Of a stretch of 64,000 nt of DNA, positions 57,638-64,000 are shown one piece after another. Source of the stretch: the human T2T-CHM13v2.0 reference genome, Homo sapiens; the NCBI RefSeq assembly GCF_009914755.1, contig NC_060935.1, one strand, 5' to 3'. A program made the translations under genes and the position numbers. How positions within the stretch are numbered: the stretch's first letter is position 1; each line of letters begins with the position of its first letter. The notes under the pieces are model-generated. The model saw only the letters and a list, made by a program, of their open reading frames with translations, ran no database searches and had not been told where the DNA came from.

Positions 57638-58445
57638 GGTGTGGTGAAAAGTTCATTAAATCCAGAGCCATGAAGAATGGTTCAGGACCTAGTTTTACCA
57701 CTTATTATTTGGAGTCAAGAAGTTTAATTTTGGTGAGTTCTATTTTTTCCCGAAAGATTTGAAGTAGTTATTTAAAATTCTCTTAGATATTTTTAGTTAA
57801 AACGTCCTATGATTGAAAAATGATAGCAATAATTAATGGGGGTACTAGTGAATTAGGAACAAAGTAGAGAGGAGGTATTTGAAAAATTATGAAGGTGGAA
57901 TAAATATGACATGATCTCTGATTAGATTCATGGGAAAGGTTGAAAGCAACATCAGAAATAATTGCAGTTTAGAAGTTTGGCAAATTAGTGAATGGTGTGG
58001 TATTAATAGAAATAGAAGAAACAGTAGGAGGAAAATTAGATGAGAATTACTAGACTTGGGTTTTTAAGATTGGAGATTTTGTCTTTATCTTATTATCTTC
58101 AGGTTTTAGCAATGCATAATTCATGCTATGTTCTCATTATGTATTATATTATACAGTTTCTAACCTTAAAGAATATTCTCCTTCTTTGACAGGTTTGCAC
58201 AGTGTACTGAATGATTAAGGTAGGTGCTTTCTTATTTTCCTGTCAAGAACATTTATATATCTGGCTACAAAAGTGATATAGGATTACTGACAAAGTTAAA
58301 ACACACAGAGGGATACAAGACAAAAAACAAAATTGCTTACAACTTTACAAGTCAAAATAACTGTGGCTAACATTTTAGTGCATAACTTTAGTGCATTGTT
58401 TTTAAAATGACTTTTGTTTTCTTCCATGACCTCTGGGAAGGCCGT

Positions 58446-58449
<4 letters not shown>

Positions 58450-58496
<47 letters not shown>

Positions 58497-58515
58497 ATAT
58501 ATATATGTATGTGTA

Positions 58516-58562
<47 letters not shown>
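58450..58562. repeat. Compound (TA)18-(TG/TA mixed)-(TA)12 microsatellite
   Basis: Seen directly; about 113 bp of unbroken purine-pyrimidine alternation. Confidence 0.97.
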
Positions 58563-58563
<1 letters not shown>

Positions 58564-59154
58564 AGTATATAGATGCTCTTTAAGACAGGTCCAGCTGGTG
58601 CTAACATTGTTTTTATTAGAGGAAAATTGCTGTCAATATTCTCTTTCCAGGATTTTAATTTTAGAAGGATTTCTTTACTTCAGGTACAAGGGAAAGGAAA
58701 GAAAGCTGTGAATGCCGAGATATAACTGAACAGCTTCTCGTTTTCTCCATGTTATTTTAGTTACCATTCTCATATATTAGATTTGATAATATATGGCAGT
58801 AACATTGCCTCCATTAACTAGAGTTGGTTTCAAGATCCAGTAGAGCTGATGCGGTAATATCTGGTACCTAAATGGACTAGGCAGATTGAACTTGTAAATT
58901 ACTTTGCACAAAGAGTTTGTGGTAGGCTCCACATTTTGAAAAGCTGAGGAAAGACAAGTAAAAAGTGAAACAGTGAATAATGGAATCACACAGTACTATT
59001 ACCACTGAATAAGCAATGATGCCCATATGCCACCCAATATATGTGCAGTGATTACACTAGGTCCATATTGAGATCTGGAGACTTAGTATTCTGGTTAATC
59101 AGTTAAACAGTGACTTTGATGGGAGATATACCAGAGATTGTCACAGCAGCTTAA

Positions 59155-59400
59155 GATAATGTAGTGTTTAAGAGCACAGTTCCTAATGTCAGACTGCCTT
59201 GAGTTGGAATCTCTACTCTGACATTAAATTATGTAATTTTGTGCAAATTACTCTTTCTCTATTTTCTTGGCTTCATTGGTAAAACTGGGATAATACTGTT
59301 ATCTTTGTGATGTAGTTATATGAGGATCAACTCACAGAATACATGCAAAAGACCTAGACAGGTCAGTCACATTTACATTTTCAGTAAGTTTTAGCGACTA
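59155..59400 (+). mobile_element. MIR
   Basis: GTAGTGTTTAAGAGCACAG...GTCAGACTGCC...TAAAACTGGGATAATA. Confidence 0.7.
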
Positions 59401-61059
59401 TTTTAATTATTCTGAATTTCATCTCATAAAGAGGAAGTTGAATATCCTTTGAATCAAAGGTCCAAATCCTGCCTCTACTGTTTATCAAATAGAGTATTGA
59501 CAAAATAACCAAATGGTCTGGCTGTGGCTGCCTCACCTTTTATGTCTTTAAGTGTTAGTATGGGGGATAAAGTGGTATATGTATATAAAAGAGCTTGGTT
59601 AACTTAAAACTGTCTGACAGAAATACAGAGTGCCCACTGTTATTTTATTACTAGAAGAATATTTACATAAACATATACAATCATGGAATCTTTTGGTCAG
59701 AGGAAAAAGATTCCAAGTTCATCAATCTAACCATCCTTTCAAAACCTGAATCCCCTCTGCAACTTTGCTCCCCTTCTTCAGGTAGTTTTTTGTCTATTAA
59801 TTGAGCTGGTTCAATAAATATGATTTTGGCACCTACCATGTTCTAGGCAACTTGCTAGTGATTAGGGATACAAAGACAAAATTATGTTTATAATATTTAT
59901 TATTGCTTTGCCTTCCTTTTTCAGGAAGGATTTAAAGTAACTCCAAAACAAAGGACATGTAATTATTTGCCTTGATTTAATACCTCTGATGATAAGGCAG
60001 AGGGAGCCTATTCCATCTTTGAACTTTTCTGATTATTAGGATGTCTTAACAACTTCCTATAACTCCTGTAATTTCTAAGTATTGGTACTATTGTTATCAC
60101 TTGTAATCATATGGGGCCATACTAAGTGTGAAAAAGCTCTCTCTTACACTTCAGTCCTTGTCTTTAATATTTAAAGCAGCTCTCCTAATGCCCAAGTTCC
60201 TTTTCTCTAGGTTAAACAATCTTTGTTTCTTAGATATTTTTCATAAAACATGAAGTCATGTTCTTTTATAGCCTTGCTGGCCATTTTCTAAATTGTTCTC
60301 TTGCCTTCTTAGAGTGTCTCAATTCTGTTAAGCCGTCAGCCCCATTTGAATATACCATATAATCTAGCCCACTCCTTGTTTAAACCTTTAAAAATTTATT
60401 TTTTTCTGTAGTCCTATATAAACATCTGTTTCTGCAGAACCTTCTCCATTCTGACTTTAAAATGCAGAGTACAACTTAACTATACAGTTCACATAAGTTC
60501 TACTTCCTAGTTAACTGTTTATTGTTGATCAGAATTCAGTCCAGAGAAGTTTCCATAGTAGCTTATATCTTGAAATGTTCAACAAGGAAAATTAGGAAAT
60601 TCAAAGATATCCCAATTTTATTATTATAGCCAACTGCTTTTTATCAACAATGAAGATAAAATAATGTGCCTAAAGTAGATTGTCAAGAGGAGGGCATGCT
60701 TTGGATATATCACTTTGAGGATAACCTTAAGAGAGGTTAGTACAATGTTTTCCAATAAAATGTGTCTAAATGCCTCTATTAGCAAAATAACCTAGAGTCA
60801 TGAAAAGATGTAATATTTAATACAATCAGTGTTCTATATTTATCTCGTTCATAGAAGCTATAAAGATTCCATAGCTGATGGCTATGTAGATTCCAGGTGG
60901 TTTAGGTGCAGCTCTCCTTGGATATTTGATTTATTTGTGATAGATTTCTGAGTGTTGTTAAATGACAGTTAAGTGGAATAAAAATAAAAAAAATTCTTCT
61001 ATTTATCTCTATTTCAATTTTAAAATGTTTAGTTCAATAAAAAATATTTATTTTATGAA

Positions 61060-62240
61060 GGACTTCTGGTTTTAGTTCCAATCCATTGATTTAAAGAGTC
61101 TGGAAATCATTGCTCTCATTATCTTTATGAGAAAAGGCTGGAAAAGTTTAAAATCAACAGCTTTCTTTCACCCATTAGATAACTGAGGTTACAGGTCATA
61201 CTACCACCTGAAAATCTAAAGAAACAGATGCATCCATAGTCACAGGTGAGATCTGTTTTCCTGGAGCAGAAGCTGATAGAAACACTTAAATGATAATATT
61301 GATGAATTGCTGGGGGCTGTGTGTGGACTAGCATGCGAGTATAATACTCTTGGGGGTCATGGTATTGGCAGGGGGCACACTGTCCTAGAATTTACATCAA
61401 GGAACCCTACTAGGCTTGATATGTTTTGGCTGTGTCCCCACCCAAATCTCATCTTGAATTGTAGCTCTCATAATTCCCACGTGTTGTGGGAGGGACCCAG
61501 TGGGAGATAATTGAATCATGGGGGCGGTTTCTCTCATACTGTTCTCCTAGTAGTGATGAAGTCTCATGAGATCTGATGGTTTTATGAGGGGTTTCTCCTT
61601 TCCCTTGGCCCTCATTCTCTCTTGCCTGTCATCATGTAAGATGTGCCTTTTGCCTTCTGCCGTGATTGTGAGGCCTCCGCAGCCACATGGAACTGTGAGT
61701 TCATTAAACCTCTTTTTCTATCTAAATTACTCAATCTTGGATATGTCTTCATCAGCAATGTGAAAACGGAGTAATACAAGACTCTTGTGAAGATCTGAGA
61801 AATCCCTTCATAACTCTGGCAGGGGAAGGGGAAGAGTACTTATTATTAAATAACCCAGAATATTTCCTCAACAATGACCTATACTCCATTAGCAGACGTT
61901 ACCAGGCATTATCCCACCTCAGGTTAAGGACATTGCTCCCCCTCTAGTTTTTTTTTCTCACCTAAGAGTGGTGGGACTTGTGAAGGACACTTGCTGAAGG
62001 CACAGGCATACTAAAAGACTGGGCTTGAATCATAAATTATAAAACACTTCTTCTCCCTCACACTTTACTAGCATGACAGGCTGCAGTATAATAGCAATGG
62101 ATTATAGCTGAAAAAGCTGCCATCTGCAGACTCTCTGAGGAAGCGTGCTCAAAGTAAAAAGGGAAGAAAAATAAAAAATCTTGAAAGAAGCCAGAAGGGC
62201 AAAATAAAAATCTTTACAAGGATAAGAAATATACTAGACT
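61060..62240 (+). mobile_element. Old L1M (L1MC/MD-like) 5' region, interrupted by THE1B
   Basis: GGACTTCTGGTTT start and AAAATCAACAGCTTTCTT motif resemble old L1M 5' ends. Confidence 0.45.
61417..61778 (+). mobile_element. THE1B-like solo LTR
   Basis: TGATATGTTTTGGCTGTGTCCCCACCCAAATCTC...GTAATACA, TSD AGGCT/AGACT. Confidence 0.93.
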
Positions 62241-62241
62241 T

Positions 62242-64000
62242 TGTCCAGAATGGTATTTCCTAGGTTATCTTCCAGAGTTTTTAATAGTTTGGGTTTTACA
62301 CTTAAACCTTTAATCCACCTTGAATTGATGTTTGTGCTTGGTCTAAGGAAGGGGTTCATTTCAATCTTCTGCATATGGCTAGCCAGTTATCCCAGTACCA
62401 TTTGTTGAATAGGGAGTCCATTCCTCATTGCTTGTGTTTGTCAATTTTGTCAAAGACCAGATGATTTTGTGGCATTATTTCTGTGTACTCTATGGTGTTC
62501 CACTGGTCTATGTATCTGTTTTTGTACCAGTACCATGCTGTTTTGGTTACTGCAACCTTGTAGTATAGTTTGAAGTTGGGTAATATGATGCCTTTAGCTT
62601 TGTTGTTTTTGCTTAGGATTGCCTTGACTATTTGGGCTGTTTTTTTTGTTCTACGTAAATTTTAAAATAGGTTTTTTCTAATTCTGTGAAGAATGTTATT
62701 GCTAGTTTGATAGGAATAGCATTGAATATATAAATTGCTTTGGACAGTATGGTCATTTTAATGATATTGATTCTTCCTATCCATGAGCATGGAATGTTTT
62801 TCCATTAGTTTGTGTCATCCCTGATTTCTTTGAGCAGTGTTTTGTAATTCTTGATGTAGAGATCTTTCACCTCTCTGTTAGCTGTATTTCTAGGTATTTT
62901 ATTCTTTTCATGGCTATTGTGAATGGAATTGTGTTCTTTCTTGGCCTTGGATGTTGTTGGTTTATAGGAATGCTACTGATTTCTGTACATTGATTTTTTT
63001 TTTTAATCCTGAAACTTTGCTGAAGTTATCAGCTCAAGGGGCTTTGGGGAGGACACTATGGGTTTTTTTCTAGGTATAGAATCATATTGTCAGTAAACAG
63101 GGATAGATTGACTTCCTGTATTCCTATTTGGATAGTCATAGGCCCTGGTAAAGATTTTATGATGAAGATGTCAAAAGCAATTGCAACAAAAACAAAACTG
63201 ACAAATAGGATCTAATTAAACTTAAGCGCTTCTGCACAGCAAAAGAAACTGTCAACAGAGTAAACAGCCTACAGAAAGGGAGAAAATATTCACAAACTAT
63301 GCATCTGACAAAGGACTAATATCCAGAATCTATAAGGAACTTAAACAAATTAACAATCAGGAACCAAACAACCCTTAAACAAATTAACAAGCAGAAAACA
63401 AATAACCCCATTATAAAGTGGGTAAATGACAAGAACAGATAGTTTTCGAAAGAAGACATACACACAGTCAACAAACATATGAAAAAATACTGAACATCAC
63501 TAATCATTAGAGAAATGCAAATGAAAACCACAGTGCGATACCATCTCACTCCAGTCAAGATGGCTATTACTGAAAAGTCAAGAAATAACAGATACTGGCG
63601 AGGCTGTGGAGAAAAGGGAACCCTTATACACTGCTGGAATGGGAATGCTTATACACTGAACTCATGTAAATTGGTTCAGTCATTGAGGAAGACAGTTTGG
63701 TGATTCCTCAAAGAACTTAGAATTAGTGTTCAACCCAGAAATGCCATTTTGGGATATATACCCAAAATAATATAAATCATTTTACCATAAAGATACATGC
63801 ACATGTATGTTCATTGCAGCATTATTCACATCAGCAAAGGTGTGGAGTCAATGTAGATGCCCATCAACAGTAGACTGGATAAAGAAAATGTGGTACATAC
63901 ACATCGTAGAATACTATGCAGCCATAAAAAGAATGAGATTATGTCCTTTGCAGCAACATGGATGGAGCTGGAGGCTATTATCCTAAGTGAACTAACACAG
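62242..64000 (+). mobile_element. Older L1PA/L1PB element with 5' inversion, running off the window end
   Basis: 62242-63133 antisense ORF2; from about 63135 sense ORF2 C-terminus ([14 protein letters not shown]); segments adjacent in the L1 consensus. Confidence 0.9.

Overview
AT-rich, repeat-dense primate non-coding DNA, almost certainly human because it carries a consensus-identical AluYa5. I find no host protein-coding gene, CpG island, tRNA/rRNA or CRISPR array. The long ORFs in the track are broken LINE-1 ORF2 pieces or read-through of Alu, LTR or low-complexity sequence. The window holds about 9 Alu/monomer copies, 4 well-resolved L1 insertions (three with twin-priming inversions), old L1M/L2/MIR debris, about 17 LTR elements (MER41B, LTR8, MER4, MER31, MER50, THE1, MSTB, MLT1, LTR16) and several hAT MERs. 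Subfamily names come from recalled consensus sequences, not a RepeatMasker run. I did not find a new biological system. The best leads are a 147-bp templated copy of nearby unique DNA pasted into an LTR8, a MER41B whose tandem STAT1 sites have changed to a STAT6-type site, a probably polymorphic AluYa5, a candidate QKI/RBFOX-flanked microexon plus other orphan exon-like segments, a tail-less Alu monomer, and a possible short L1 3' transduction.
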